Of a stretch of 64,000 nucleotides of DNA, positions 50,101 through 62,700 are shown one piece after another. This DNA comes from Okamejei kenojei. Its lineage: Eukaryota. How positions within the stretch are numbered: position 1 is the stretch's first letter; each line of letters opens with the position of its first letter. Where the stretch lies: assembly GCA_035221665.1 (NCBI GenBank), contig CM069140.1, positions 54,870,001-54,934,000 of the forward strand, read 5' to 3'. Made by a program: the position numbers and the translations under genes. A model generated the notes under the pieces. It did no database searches. It saw nothing but the letters and a program-made list of their open reading frames with translations, and had not been told where the DNA came from.

Positions 50101-50980
50101 TCTCTGTGGTAATGAGAATTGCAACTACTTACTACACACAAAAAACCACATTAGGTTTCAGTAAAACTGATGGTTCTAGAGAAATGTATTCTAGATGGTT
50201 AAACATTGAATAACACTCAGTGGAACTAGACAGTGAAATGTGGAAAATCACTCTGTTAAGGAGGTAGATACATTCACAGGAATGGCACAGGATGAGCCGC
50301 TCGAGCAAAGATGCAAGGCCACAGGAGGGTGTAAAATAAATATTAAATTAAATGAAATCAGTCATTGTGTCACGATTGGACATGGAGTGTTGGGTTCTCT
50401 ATAATTGTTGCTTTGTTCATACCGTCAAATTATATATATCAATTGATATTTTGTGATAAACTTGCCTTTCAATGGAAAGGGCATTACTTTTATTCTTTTA
50501 TAATGTGAAATAATTTATCACATAACTTGAGGCAATGTTTGGGGGAAAAAATGTGTTATTTTGCTCATTACTGTGTTGTGTGAGCCAGAGTGTCGTATGG
50601 AATGAGTCTACGACATAAAAAACACAGAAAGCTTCAAAATCTTCACGTAGTCACTCACGTGACTCGGAAGTAAAATAGTAAGATTAAACTAGAATTTACC
50701 AGTTCAAAGTTTGATTGTTATTTTATGAGGAGTAACGATGAGGGATTACGTACCCTCCACTCCCGACCCTCATAAAATAAATGATCAGCTGGTAGTTCTA
50801 AATCTATGTTGAGCCTTACTATCTTACTCCGGCTATTATGTTCTGTGTTTTTCATGCCGCTGCTTTGAAGTATGCCGTTCCAGCGCCAGGCGGGGCTTCT
50901 TCACGTAATCACTCATCTTTACTCCTCATAAAATAACGATCAAACTTCGAACTGGTAAGTTCTCGTTTAATCTTACTATT
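47103..50980 (+). mobile_element. DIRS1-type retrotransposon with intact termini and a decayed interior
   Basis: Left ITR 47122-47165 vs right ITR 50872-50915 are 43/44 complementary. ICR 50641-50751 is complementary to both extremities. Relics: VMVYLDHI* (~48070-48100, RT), NNTTAVAYI (~48735, RNase H), DAF...CLIGQCLLK (~49010-49090, MT). Confidence 0.9.
49599..49786. other. Assembly gap
   Basis: Run of 188 N. Confidence 1.
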
Positions 50981-51289
50981 CTTCTTTCTAGTTCTTAAGT
51001 TCTTATCAATGTCCCAATTGCCTAACTGCACCAATGTATGATTTGACATGACCTCCATACTTTCACAGCAGAATTGTGTGCACATTTTTCCTGAACTGAA
51101 GTAAATTTAAACAAAACAGTTTTGGTTAAATTGGAACAAATATAGGCTCCAGGCCATTTTTTTCAGAGTGATGTTAGCCTTGCAAATGGGAGGGTGATGG
51201 TTTGGAAAGAACGTGTTGGGGGAGCAACTGGATAGAGTGGAGACCAGGAATGTTTATGCAGTGAAAATCAGATTTGTGAAAGGAATAGT

Positions 51290-52090
51290 GTGACTAGGAC
51301 AGAAAAATAGAGGAGGGTACAAAAAAGACACAAAATGATGGAGTACCAAACATGGAGTACATGGATAGGTGATGTTTTCGGATCGAGACCCTTCTTCAGA
51401 TTGATAAATAATTTTATTGGCCAAGTAGGTACACATACAAGGATTGTGGTGGGGGGGAAGAAAGCTGATAGAAAGGTGGAGTCGGACAAAGCTTGGCATA
51501 TGATAGATGGATACAGGGGTGGGGGGGGGGGGGGGGGGGGGGTAATTGACAGATGACTGGACAAAGACCAGAGGTGAAAAGGCAAAAGGTGTGAGATAAT
51601 GAAATCAGGATATAGAAGGCATGAATTGTGAAGCAGAGGAATAGGAAGGAACAAAAGTGGATGTGGAAAGGGGTAGCTGGACAGGGAGACAAAGGTGATA
51701 CTCCAAGTGGGGCAGGGAGAAGCGAGGGGAGAAGGAGTGGGAATGGAGAAAGGAGATTTTGTTTATTGGTTAGTTTGCTAAAATTGGAGACTTCTGTGTT
51801 CATACTGTTAGGTTGTAAGGTACCCAAGCAATATATGAGGTGCTGTTCCTATAGGTTGCTCACGACCTCACTCTGGCAATGAAGGAGACCAAGGACATAA
51901 AAGTCAGAATGGGAACGGGAAGGAGAGCTAAAATGTTAGCAACCAGGAGATCCAGCAGGCCTTGGCAGACCGAGTACGTGCTCGGCAACACAGTCGTCTA
52001 GTCTGCTCTTGGCCTTGTCGATGTGAAGGGGGGAACACCAAATGCAGTGGATGAGGTTAGGGGAGGGTAGATAAACCACCAATTGGAAGG
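51290..52090 (-). mobile_element. Penelope-like element 3' part: GIY-YIG endonuclease relic, pyrimidine-rich UTR, hammerhead-like core
   Basis: NLIHCIWCS..HIDKAKSRLDDCVAEH and GTLQPNSMNTEVSNF resemble the Penelope GIY-YIG region; CTGAAGAAGGGTCTCGATCCGAAAACATC at 51399-51371(-). Confidence 0.8.
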
Positions 52091-52829
52091 GTGGGTGGAA
52101 CCATGAAAGATCATGTGGTAATAAGTGTGAGAGGAAGGCAGGCTGAATTAGCATTTGGGGGAGAGAAAGGGGACAAGGAGCAAATGCAATCTGGAGTATG
52201 TGGGTGAAACAGCAAGAAACTTGTATGAAGAATGGGTGGATCTGGCCCACAGACCACGTTAGTTATTTATCTGCTGGATCCAGCTGCTCTGCTGACTTCA
52301 GTTGCCAGGTGGCAGATTCCTGGAGAACCCTGCTGCTGATTGATAAATTTAAACTGAACTCTCGATTAGAATAGGGGAAGTTAACTTCTTTATTCGTTTG
52401 CAGGATGTGAGCATTGCAGATAAGGTCATTATTTGGTGCCTCTCCCTAATTTCCCTTCACATAATGGCAGTGAGCCACCTCTTGAACTGCGGCGGTCTTT
52501 GTGGGATGAAGTTATGATCACAGTGCAGTTACACAGGCAGTTGCAGGATTTTGACGCAGTGGAGTGGCCAAAAAACAAAATGGCAATGTATTTCCAAGTG
52601 ACAAAGATGTGTGGCATGGAGAGGATCCTCCGGGGGTAGAATTCCAATTCACGTATTACATGTTACTCTCGTCTTTCTCGGAGTGAAATGGTCTACTCCG
52701 CATTATTGAGGATGTTTTGCGAACAGAGCATCTTGTAGATTATGTACACAGCAGCCGCAGTGCGCATCCGGTTGTTTAAGATTGTACACGTGTTGCTTTG
52801 TTCCGGGTAAATTGGAGTTGGAGTGAATC

Positions 52830-53317
52830 AATAGACAATTGACAATAGGTGGAGAAGTAGGCCATTCGGCCCTTCGAGCCAGCACCACCATTCAATGTGA
52901 TCATGGCTAATCATCCCCAATCAGTACCCCGTTCCTGCCTGCTCCCCATATCCCCTGACTGCTATCTTTAAGAGCCCGATCTAGCTCTCCCTTGAAAGTA
53001 TCTAGAGAACCGGCCTCCAACACCCCCTGAGGCAGAGAACTTTTTCACACAGACTCACAACTCTCTGTGAAAAAGTGTTTCCTTATCTCCGTTCTAAATG
53101 GCTTACCCCTTATTCTTAAACAGTGGGCCCTGGTTCTGGACTCCCCCAACATCGGGATCATGTTTCCTGCCTCTAGCGTGTTCAAACCCTAAATAATCTT
53201 ATTTGTTTCAATAAGATCTCCTCTCATCCTTCTAAACTCCAGAGTATAAAAGCCGAGCCGCTCCATTCTCTCAGCATATGACAATCCCGCCATCCCGGGA
53301 ATTAACCTTGTGAACCT
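52830..53317 (-). mobile_element. CR1 3' fragment
   Basis: RFTRLIPGMAGLSYAERMERLGFYTLEFRRMRGDL and a (CTATTGT)-type tail. Confidence 0.9.
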
Positions 53318-54911
53318 GTAGCATGGAGAGGATTGTACATGTGTTGCTTTGCTCTGCCAAAATTGGAGTTGGAGTGAATCCTGGAACCCAGACATGAACT
53401 TAAATACTATGAAGAGATCACCTGCATCTCAAAAGTGGAATCCTCTTAAGGCCAAAACCCACCAACTTTAAAATGGCATGCTAATAATCAGGCAATGTTT
53501 TTAGGATTGGTTATCCATTTAAAAAAAATTAACTCCCCATCCAATTGTTACCAATATTCTCTGATCGTACATGGTATTTTAATATTCCTTTATCACTTTT
53601 TTCTTTTGAGATCTTGTTCTTTCATATGAAGCATAACTTTTGGCATTGGCTTCCTTATTCTAGATGTTTTACTAAATCCATCATGTTCTTTCTCACTCTC
53701 ACTTGGGCTTTGGACTTTGTTCTCCGATCTTCTCTACTTTTCACTTTTTCATCATTTCTTTAAATGTCTGTGTGTCCAACTTCAGAAAGTTCTCAGAACT
53801 TTGTTTCTTTTGCATTGACATATGTGCACTTAATGCTATGGAGCAAATGTTGACACACATATCCCCAAACTATTCTTATATAGTTGTTTGGCCGATTATT
53901 CAATGGAGTGGGAGGGAGCCATACCTATGATTATCTCTGCACTCCCAATGCATACATTCCCATTTTATATTTACACCGGGTTACTTCTTTCAATTTAATC
54001 TGCTTTTCCTGATTCCTTCTGCTTCCACTTACTTAATATACACAGCGCTCTCTTCCCTGAGCATGTACAGGCACATACCATTGAGATCACACTGAATTAT
54101 ATCACTGGCAGTAAAACAAAACAGAAACAATCCACCTCCTTGCAAAATGTAAGCATAAGAATAAACGTTAAAAACATTTCAGGCAAAGCTGTGTGAATAA
54201 AAACATGATACATTTTAGGAAATGGTCCTTTATGGTAAATTGGTGATCAACATTTATGATAAAAGAGACATAATTTGCTTATGCCAATGAAGCTTAGAGT
54301 TTTGCACAAACAATATTAACCTATTATTTTTCTAGAGCATCAAACATAGAAAAATCCAGCACAAGATTAGGCCCTTTTGCCCATAATATCTGTGTTGAAT
54401 ACAATGTCAAGATAAACTAATCTTACCTGCCTGCACATGATCCATATCCCTCCATTCCCTGTATATCCACATGCCTTTCTGAAAGCCTTTTAAACGTCAG
54501 AATTCCTTTATTCCCATCCAACAGTTTGACATGATAAATGGTATTTAAGTAATGACTTTAAAGGTGCTTTCAGCAAGCAAGTTGGTTGATAATACAAGGT
54601 ACTGTAGATTCTGTTTTGCAAAAAAAACATAAAGTGCTGAAGTAATTCAATGGTTCAGAGGTGCTGCCTGAGCCACTGAATTACTCCAACACATGGTAAA
54701 CATTTTTACGTGGTTGTGTGACTCTATTTTTAGAAAACCATTAACTATTAATGACTATTGGCCTTAGAAGATTTAGCAAGTAAAGCTGAAGCATTTATGA
54801 GGTAATGCCTTATGAGGTATGAGAATTCACTCGGTAAGAGGCCTCATGGCACTTCTTGAAGCTCAGAAGGTGTAAGACAGCAGTGCTTTCCATTTATTCT
54901 GCTTCCTATGT

Positions 54912-55220
54912 CTAGTTTAGTTTAGTTTAGAGATACAGTGTGGAACAGGCCCTTCGCCCCATCGAGTGAGCACCGACCAACGATTCCCATACATTAAAAT
55001 TATCCTGCACAGGGGCAATTTACAATTTTTACCAAAACCAAATTAAGCTACAAACCTCTACGTTCTTTGGAGTGTGAGGGGGAAACCAGAGCACCCGGCG
55101 AAAACACACGCGGGTCACAAGGAGAGTGTACAAATTCCATACAGACAGCACCCGTTGCCAGGATCGGACCCTGGACTTTGGCGCTGTAAGGCAGCATCCT
55201 ACCGCTGTGCCACTGTGCTG
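54912..55220 (-). mobile_element. V-type SINE
   Basis: (AAACT)n tail, V core and tRNA head on the minus strand. Confidence 0.8.
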
Positions 55221-56200
55221 TCCCAGATAATCAGCAAAGCAGACTTGCCTTAGGCTTAAGCTTCCCTGCACCAGCTTCAACTCTGGAGATTCATGAGCAT
55301 GGGGCAATAGTACATATACCACACATTGCAGAAGGGGGCCATTTTAAGGCAACACTCACCGTGTGACAAAAGCCACACTTTGGGAAGATACCTAATTTTA
55401 AACGAAATTTGTGTTCTTGTGATATTCATAGACCTCCAATTGCTTTTGATGAACATTGGTGATGGAGAATACTAAATCCTCTTTGGTTTGTTCTACAAGT
55501 GATAGAACCAAAGAGGCCCAACAAAAGTTAAAATACACAAAGTGCTGAGTAACTCAGTGGGTCAGGCAGCACCTTTAGAGAAAATGGCTCCCCCATTCCA
55601 AGCCAGCGGTTGGCCCGGGCCAACGAGCAGGGGACTGGCTCGGCAGGCTCCTACTGAAGCTGCAATCTGCCAGGTCTTCCATTCGGCCGCGGGCGACCGG
55701 CTTGGTGGGCTCCCTTGAAACCGTGATCCGCCGAACTGGGGCTTGGGTTCGGCCGTGCAAGGGCCTCGTTCAGCTGTGTGCTTCCGACACGTGCCATGGG
55801 GGATAAACAGCCTGAGCACTGTGCCAGAACCAGGCACTATTAAGCCTATACCAGGCAATAAAATATTCCACTCAGCTGCATGCTGAGCGAGCATGAAGAA
55901 ACAGACGGAATGGGTGTTAATGAAATCAGCTGCAACCTGTTTCCTGAGGAAAGTGATACTCCACCTATAGTCCAGGGCAGTTGTTCCTTCATATAACGTG
56001 GATTTGTTGATGCCAAATTTTCCAGTTGATATTAACAGATGTATTCGTGGACACAGGCAAAGTTTAAGCAATTGAAGTTTTCATATTTCTGCTGTCTGTA
56101 CAGAACCTCACCTGTTTTAGAAGAATACTTTGCACTTGCCAGCACAGCTACATACAGTGAAGCAGAACCCCACCTGCCCGACTGTGAGAGTCCAAAGGAA

Positions 56201-56414
56201 GATAGACACAAAAAGCCGGAGTAACTCAGCAGGACAGGCAGCATCTCTGGAGAGAAGGAATAGGTGACATTTCGGGCCGAGACCCTTCTTCAGACGTCTT
56301 GACCCGAAACGTCACCCATTCTTTCTCTCCAGAGATGCTGTCTGTCCCGCTGAGTTACTCCAGCTTTTTGTGTCTATCTTCGGTTTAAACCAGAGTCTGC
56401 AGTTCCTTCTTACA
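56201..56414 (+). mobile_element. Palindromic Penelope-derived mini-element, best-preserved copy
   Basis: About 85-bp inverted arms. The minus arm reads CTGAAGAAGGGTCTCGGCCCGAAATGTC and the plus arm GACCCGAAACGTCACC. Possible degenerate 15-bp TSD (11/15). Confidence 0.85.
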
Positions 56415-56999
56415 CAGAGACTAAGGGAAAATGGCCGGTCTTACGGAAGTGCTATTTCTGACCGGTGGGTTCACAAAATGTTGAGGAAGATCTGTAGGCT
56501 TTGTCATATGATGGGTACAATTACAGTGTTTAAAAGACATTTGGATGAGTGCACGAATAGGACACATTTAGAGAGATGAACCAAGCACAGGCACATGGGA
56601 AAAGCTCAGTTAGACAATTTGGTCAGCATGGATGAGCTGAGCCAAAGGGCATGTTTCAGTATTTTTTAACGATGATTTTATGGATAAAGATAAGAATCTA
56701 GGTATCCTTTGGTGATGAATTCTGGGACCTCGATGTCTTTACACATCCATTGAGGCACAGGTCAGAACACAAGGAAACACTATCTACTTGCCTAATGAGT
56801 AGATTTCTCACTATGGCCCCAAATGGATGGGATCCATTGTGCAACTTGAGATCAACTTTTCAGTCGCAATGGAGAGGTCATTGAAGCGGACTTTTGACTG
56901 TGTCAAACAGTGAGGAGAATCTCCTCTCTGGTCATGGTTAATGCTCATCTCTAAGGTCTGCTATTAAATCCTCCACTCCTTATATTGGTAGTGATGCTC

Positions 57000-57620
57000 G
57001 CGCATTGCAGGACTCATGTGTAGACACCACCTGATCACAGGGAAAGATTCATCACACTGTTGTTCAGTCGGCGGCAGCACACAAGAGCAAAGGACAGGTA
57101 AGAGAAACTGGGGTTGTACCTTCTGCGCCCTTAAGGTTAGTTGTCAGAGGCGCCCTGGAACACCAAGGCTGAATGGTGGCAGGGCGAGGAGAGGAATGAT
57201 AGTTTGCTGACAGATCTGGATGGAAGTGATGGCTGGAGGCCATCCAGCAACCTGGGGCTCGACTGGATCGGGTGACGCTGCATGTGACCGAGCGTGTGGA
57301 CCAGACTTGGCCTGAAGGTGCACAGAGTGGTGCAGCAGCAGTGCAGGAAGCCTATCGCTTTGCTTGGCTAAACCAACCCTGCAATGCTGCCTGCACCATG
57401 GGCTATTATGGCCAGCTGCTCCTAAAGCAACTTTCAAAATGGCACCAAAACTTGGCGAGAATATGATTTCAATGGACTATTTCAATACACTTTGTACTTA
57501 ATTGGGGATTGTACGTATGTATAGTAATACTTTACTGAACTGTATGCAAAAGAAAAATTCACTGCAGCTCTGTCCATGTGATAATAAATGTAACCATTGA
57601 CCATTGAGCCATTGGACCAT
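57000..57620 (+). mobile_element. GC-rich non-coding element with Rex/Babar-like 3' end
   Basis: Shared motif with 32040..32643; ends AATTCACTGCAG...CATGTGATAATAAA followed by (ACCATTG)n. Confidence 0.55.
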
Positions 57621-57634
57621 TCAGTATTCACCGC

Positions 57635-59975
57635 AATAATCCCCTCCAAACTTATCACCGAGTTCCAACATCGGGGCCGATGTACATCCTCTTGCTCAAC
57701 GTCAACAAAACCAAGGAACTAATCATTGACATCACTAAGGGGAAGTCAGAAGGCGACTTACCTGTTTTCATTGCGGTGGAAAGAGTCACCTGCTTCAAAT
57801 TTGTGGTTGTTAACATCTTAGGTGTCTTGGCTTGGGCCCAGCACAATGATGTAATCATGAAGAAGACATGTCAGCGCTTCTACTCTCTCAGAAACGAAAG
57901 AGACTTGCAACCGGATCCTTACCTTTCTTTTCGACAGAAATCAATCGGTGTGGATAACAACATCTCCTCCTCACTGACCATCAACACAGGTGCACCACAG
58001 AACTGCGTGCTTAGACCCTCTGCTCTACTCACTTTACACCCGTGACTGTGTGGCTAAGTAAAGCTACAATGCCATCTATAAATTTGCCAATGACATCATT
58101 GTTGTTGGCCGGAACATAACACCATAGGATCATGTACAGAGCAGAAGTGGGCCCTTCTGCCCACAATGTTTGTGCTGAACATGATGGCGAGTTAAACTGA
58201 TCTCATGTGCCTGTACATGATCCATATCACTCTATTCCCTGCACTTCCATGTGCCTACACACTACCTCCATCACTACCTCTGGCAATGCGTTCCAAGCCG
58301 CAGTACTCTCTGCGTAAAAAACTTGCTCCGTATATCTCCATTAAACTTTCTCCTGTCACATTATAGCCATGGGCTCTAGTTTTGGACATTTTCATCTGGG
58401 AAAAAGGTTCTGATCCTATCTATGCCTCTCAAAGTTTTATATACTTCTATCATGTCTGCCCTCAACCTCAGATGTTCCAGAGAAAACAATCCAAATCTAT
58501 CCAACCTCTCTCTGTGGCTGAAACCCCCTAATCCAGGCAGCATTCTGGTAAACCTCCTCAGCTGTCTCACCATAGCCTCCACATCTTTGTTGACATGAGG
58601 TGACCAGAACTGCATACAAAACTTCAGATGTGGCCTAGCCAAAGTCCTATAGATGATGATGAGTCAGCATACAGGAGAGAGCTAGACCACCCGGTTGAGT
58701 GGCGCCACAACAATCTCTTGCTCAATGTCAACAAAACCAAGGAGCTATTCATTGAATTCCGAAAGAGTAAGTCATGAGACTGCTTGTCAGTTTTCATTGC
58801 AGTGGGGAGAGTCACCAGCTTCAAATTCCTGGGTGTTAACATCTCAGATGGCTTGCCCTGGACCCAGTACTTTGATATCATTACGAAGAAGACATGTCAG
58901 CACTTCTACTTTCTCTGAATTTGGCATGCCGACAAACACTCTAACAAACGTCTACGGATACACTGTAGACTGGTTGCATCGTGGACTGGTACGGAAATTC
59001 CAATGCGCAAGAATGCAAGAGGCTGCAGAGAATGATGAGCTCAGCCTGCCACATCAAGGACACTGCCCTCCCTGCCAGTTAAAGCATCTACATGAAAACC
59101 TGTTTCAAAAAAGCAACATATTTCAGCAAGGGTCCTCACTATCTGGGCCATGTCCTCTTTTTGCTGCTACCATCAAGCAGGAGGTACAGAAGCCTGATGT
59201 CCCACCCCAGCATGCTCAGAATCAGCTACTTTCTTACACCAATCAGGTTCTTGAACTGATCCTCCCTTAGCATATCATATGCATATCTTAGACTGTCATA
59301 TGCTGAGAGAATGGAGCAGCTGGCCTTGTGCACTTTGGAGTTTAGAAGGATGAGAGGATATCTCATTGAAACATATAGGATTGTTAAGGGCTTGGACACA
59401 TTAGAGGCAGGAAACATGGTCCCGATGTTGGGGGAGTCCAGAACCAGGGGCCACAGTTTAAGAATAAGGAGTAAACCATTTAGAACGGAGACGAGGAAAC
59501 ACTTTTTCTCACAGAGAGTGGTGAGTCTGTGGAATTCTCTGCCTCAGAGGGCTTGGAGGCAGGTTCTCTGGATGCTTTCAAGAGAGAGCTAGATAGGGCT
59601 CTTAAAAATAGCGGAGTCAGGGGATATGGGGAGAAGGCAGGTACGGGGTACTGATTGGGGATGATCACCCATGATCATATTGAATGGCGGTGCTGGCTCG
59701 AAGGTCCAAATGGCTACTCCTGCACCTATTTTCTATTGTCTATTAGCAACATAACACCATGCACTGCTACAAACCTGTTTTCAAATTCTGGTTATGAACT
59801 AATTATATTTTAATTACTAATTAAGGTGTTCTTTTTCCTGCCTTGGATAATTTATCCATGATTTACATTCTTATGCCACACCTTATTCTACATGCCCGAG
59901 ATATCTTCTGCATGCAAGATTTTCATTCTACCTGTACATCTCTGTACTTGTGCATATGACAATAAATATTCAACT
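57635..59975 (+). mobile_element. Degraded Rex/Babar LINE (RT to 3' end) carrying two nested CR1 fragments (58120-58650 minus; 59290-59745 plus)
   Basis: SSSLTINTGAPQNCVL, YKFAND, LLNVNKTKEL motifs and a 3' end ATATGACAATAAA near 59955. Confidence 0.75.
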
Positions 59976-62267
59976 ACTTGATGTGCACACACTTTACTTC
60001 AAGAAGTTGAGAAGGTAACGGTGATGGCGATGGAGAAGCCCGCGGAGTGATTTGAAAACAATCACGGAAATTTTGAGTCTCAGGATTGTTTAATCAAGAG
60101 AAGTGTAAAGTGGTGATGGGTCAACAATGTTAAAATTATTTCCATAATTTTATTAAATATATTCTCATAGATCATTTAAAGCAGAGCAAATTGGGGAAAG
60201 TACACGAGAGGCAAAAGTAGATTAGCCATCACAGCTGTTTGTGAACTGCAGTGCTGTGAAACCTCTTGGTAACAAATGCATGTTGGGGTGTGATCAAATG
60301 TAGAGTTCAGAGGAGGCCAGGTTTGTGTCTCATTTAAATGCCAAGCACATTCAGAACTTTACCCAGATAAAATTTTGCAATCTTGGTTGATGGTCTGCAC
60401 ATATTTTTAGCCACAGACTGAGTTGTTATTGTTGAGCTCAACAATGTTTCATTAAGGCAGGTTGCTGAAGATGCATCTATCTTTGAAATATAATTTCCGT
60501 TTGATTTGCAGAACATTACAGCTTTTGTACCCTAATTGTTGTGTTAACAAATGTTGCTTCCCTGCGTTCGTTTTCAATGCACAAACAATATGTTTCTTTC
60601 ATGATATTTCCTTTTACGGCTGCTTTGATTCACATTGCTCTGTTGGATGAGTGAGACTTGCTCGGTAGAGCAAAGGGAAGGGGAATATGCAGAGTTACAT
60701 CATATATCTTAGTGAATGACAGAAATTACTCTTGGACCTAAATGTCTTCCTTCTTGAATGATGGCATGGACTATGATAATGCTAATTCAGTCGTCTTCAC
60801 TTGAATGGAAACACTGTTTTCAAATACTATGACCAGATATACAATATGGCAGCTGTCCTGCAAATTAGTTAGGGGTGTTGTCTGGGCAGCAGGACTTTGT
60901 TAGTTTTGGCTCATATCGGCAAAGGTTTTTTTGATGCTGATATACATTTTGGCTCAACACCAATTCTGCCCCCCACCCCCAACCACATCTCTCGTGACCC
61001 CTGACCATCCATAGTCCACGTGTAATCACGTTATTGTTAAATACTTGTTCTTATCTTTTTGCAATTAGATATTGCTTAGAACTTTTTAAGTCCATCCCTC
61101 AACTGTTGGGTTTTCCTGTCTACGTCTGTTAGCTTTGGCACTTTCTATACAACCACACCTGTTATTAAAAGCAGAATAATATACAGTATAGGGCTCACCA
61201 GCTGGGAATTAGATATTAGGTGTAGTTTAATGAAAATGACAACCACCTACAAAATGCATGTTGAGTCTTAGTCTACTTGTCTTTTTCTAATAATGTGAAT
61301 GATTCGGTATTTAACAAAATTAAATCAGATCAAACTTGAGACGAGATCTTTGACACAGTTTGAATGTTGGCCAAAAATAGAACGACAAATTGTCGAGCAT
61401 CAATTTACAGCAGTGAAGCCTAATCATGTTCAGTCAGAGTTGCATGGGCTAAACCAACAATATTACAATTTTCCAATTATGTTTCTTAATGTTATGGGAT
61501 TCAAGCTTTATAGTATAACTTCCAAATCATTTAACAAAAAACTGAGAAGTAATATTTCATTCTTTAGTTGTGGTAAATGTATCTCATAATCACCGAATGT
61601 CTGTCACCTCCATTATCAGGCATCTTCATTCAGATGAAAAAGATTCTCACTGTTACACACTTTTGAAATAATTTACTTTAATTTTAGCAATAGGAAGCTT
61701 TCTGAACCAAATTCTTAGATTTTACATCAAACTCACAATCAGTAATAATACAGTATGCGGCATGTCCATTAGATTATGATGTCCATAACAATGTCAATAT
61801 TGTTTGCCCTTAATGTTCAAAGAGACCTTTGATCTCAGACCAGTTTGGTTCATTGATTTAATGAATAGTTAGTTCCTTTGATCAAAAAATATGTTTATTA
61901 CAATTCTGAAGACTTGCATATGTGAATTGTGTTCATAGCTCCACAAAAAAAAAGTACATTTCCTCTTTCTGCATGTGGTGAGATTTGTCTGATATGTTTA
62001 ATTGCTCAAAGCATGATGTGATTTATTTTGTTGTAGCTATCTACTACACTAATCGGCAGTCACATGATATGCTGTCTGATGTGATCTGGGAAAGAGAACA
62101 CAATAATTGTAGGTTTTGACATCTATGGAGTTGAAGGCTGGGAGAGTTCCTGAAAACTTGTGAAATTCTCATCTCTTAGAGCTGAAGTTAGAATTTACTC
62201 TGAAATTCTCTTCAAATTTGGTTATTTAAATCCCTCTGAACTAGACTAGAGTTAAATTCAGTTTATT

Positions 62268-62700
62268 GTCACGTGCACTATGTTACAGTGAAAAGCTTTT
62301 TTTTTGCGTGCTATCCAGTTACAATATACACAATCAAGCAGAATCAGGGTAAAGGGAATAATGTTTAGTTCAAGGTCAAGTCCAGAAAAATCCAATTAAA
62401 GATAGTCCGATGGACATCAATAAGGTAGATGGTAGATCAGTACCACTATCAACTGCCACCGCAGTCCCTGAATCTGAAGTCTGCACTTCTCTACCTCTTG
62501 CCTGAAGGGAGATGAGGAGGAGTGTTTCGGGTCGACTCGTCCCTGATTTTGCCCTTCTGAAGTGTAGATGGAGTCAATGGAAGGGAGGTTGGTTTGCGTG
62601 ATTGTCTGGACTGTGTCCACAATTCTCTGCAATTTCTTGCTGTCTTGGATGGAGCAGTTCCCAAACCATGCTGTGATGCATCCCGATAAAATGTTTTAAC
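62268..62700 (-). mobile_element. Rex/Babar 3' fragment
   Basis: LQRIVDTVQTITQTNLPSIDSIYTS...LPSGKR; 3' end GTGACAATAAACTGAA. Confidence 0.75.

Noticed and set aside
51518-51542. Long poly-G runs (also about 44304-44321 and poly-C 19065-19081) as G-quadruplex elements
   Set aside because: Simple homopolymers, mostly inside repeats; lengths are unreliable in assemblies.
55562-56071. 169-aa minus-strand ORF
   Set aside because: It spans a GC-rich patch and a repeat scrap and has no domain motifs.
56112-56181. 70-bp minus-strand segment with AG/GT splice-like borders
   Set aside because: No recognisable protein, and it abuts a repeat insertion; support is insufficient.
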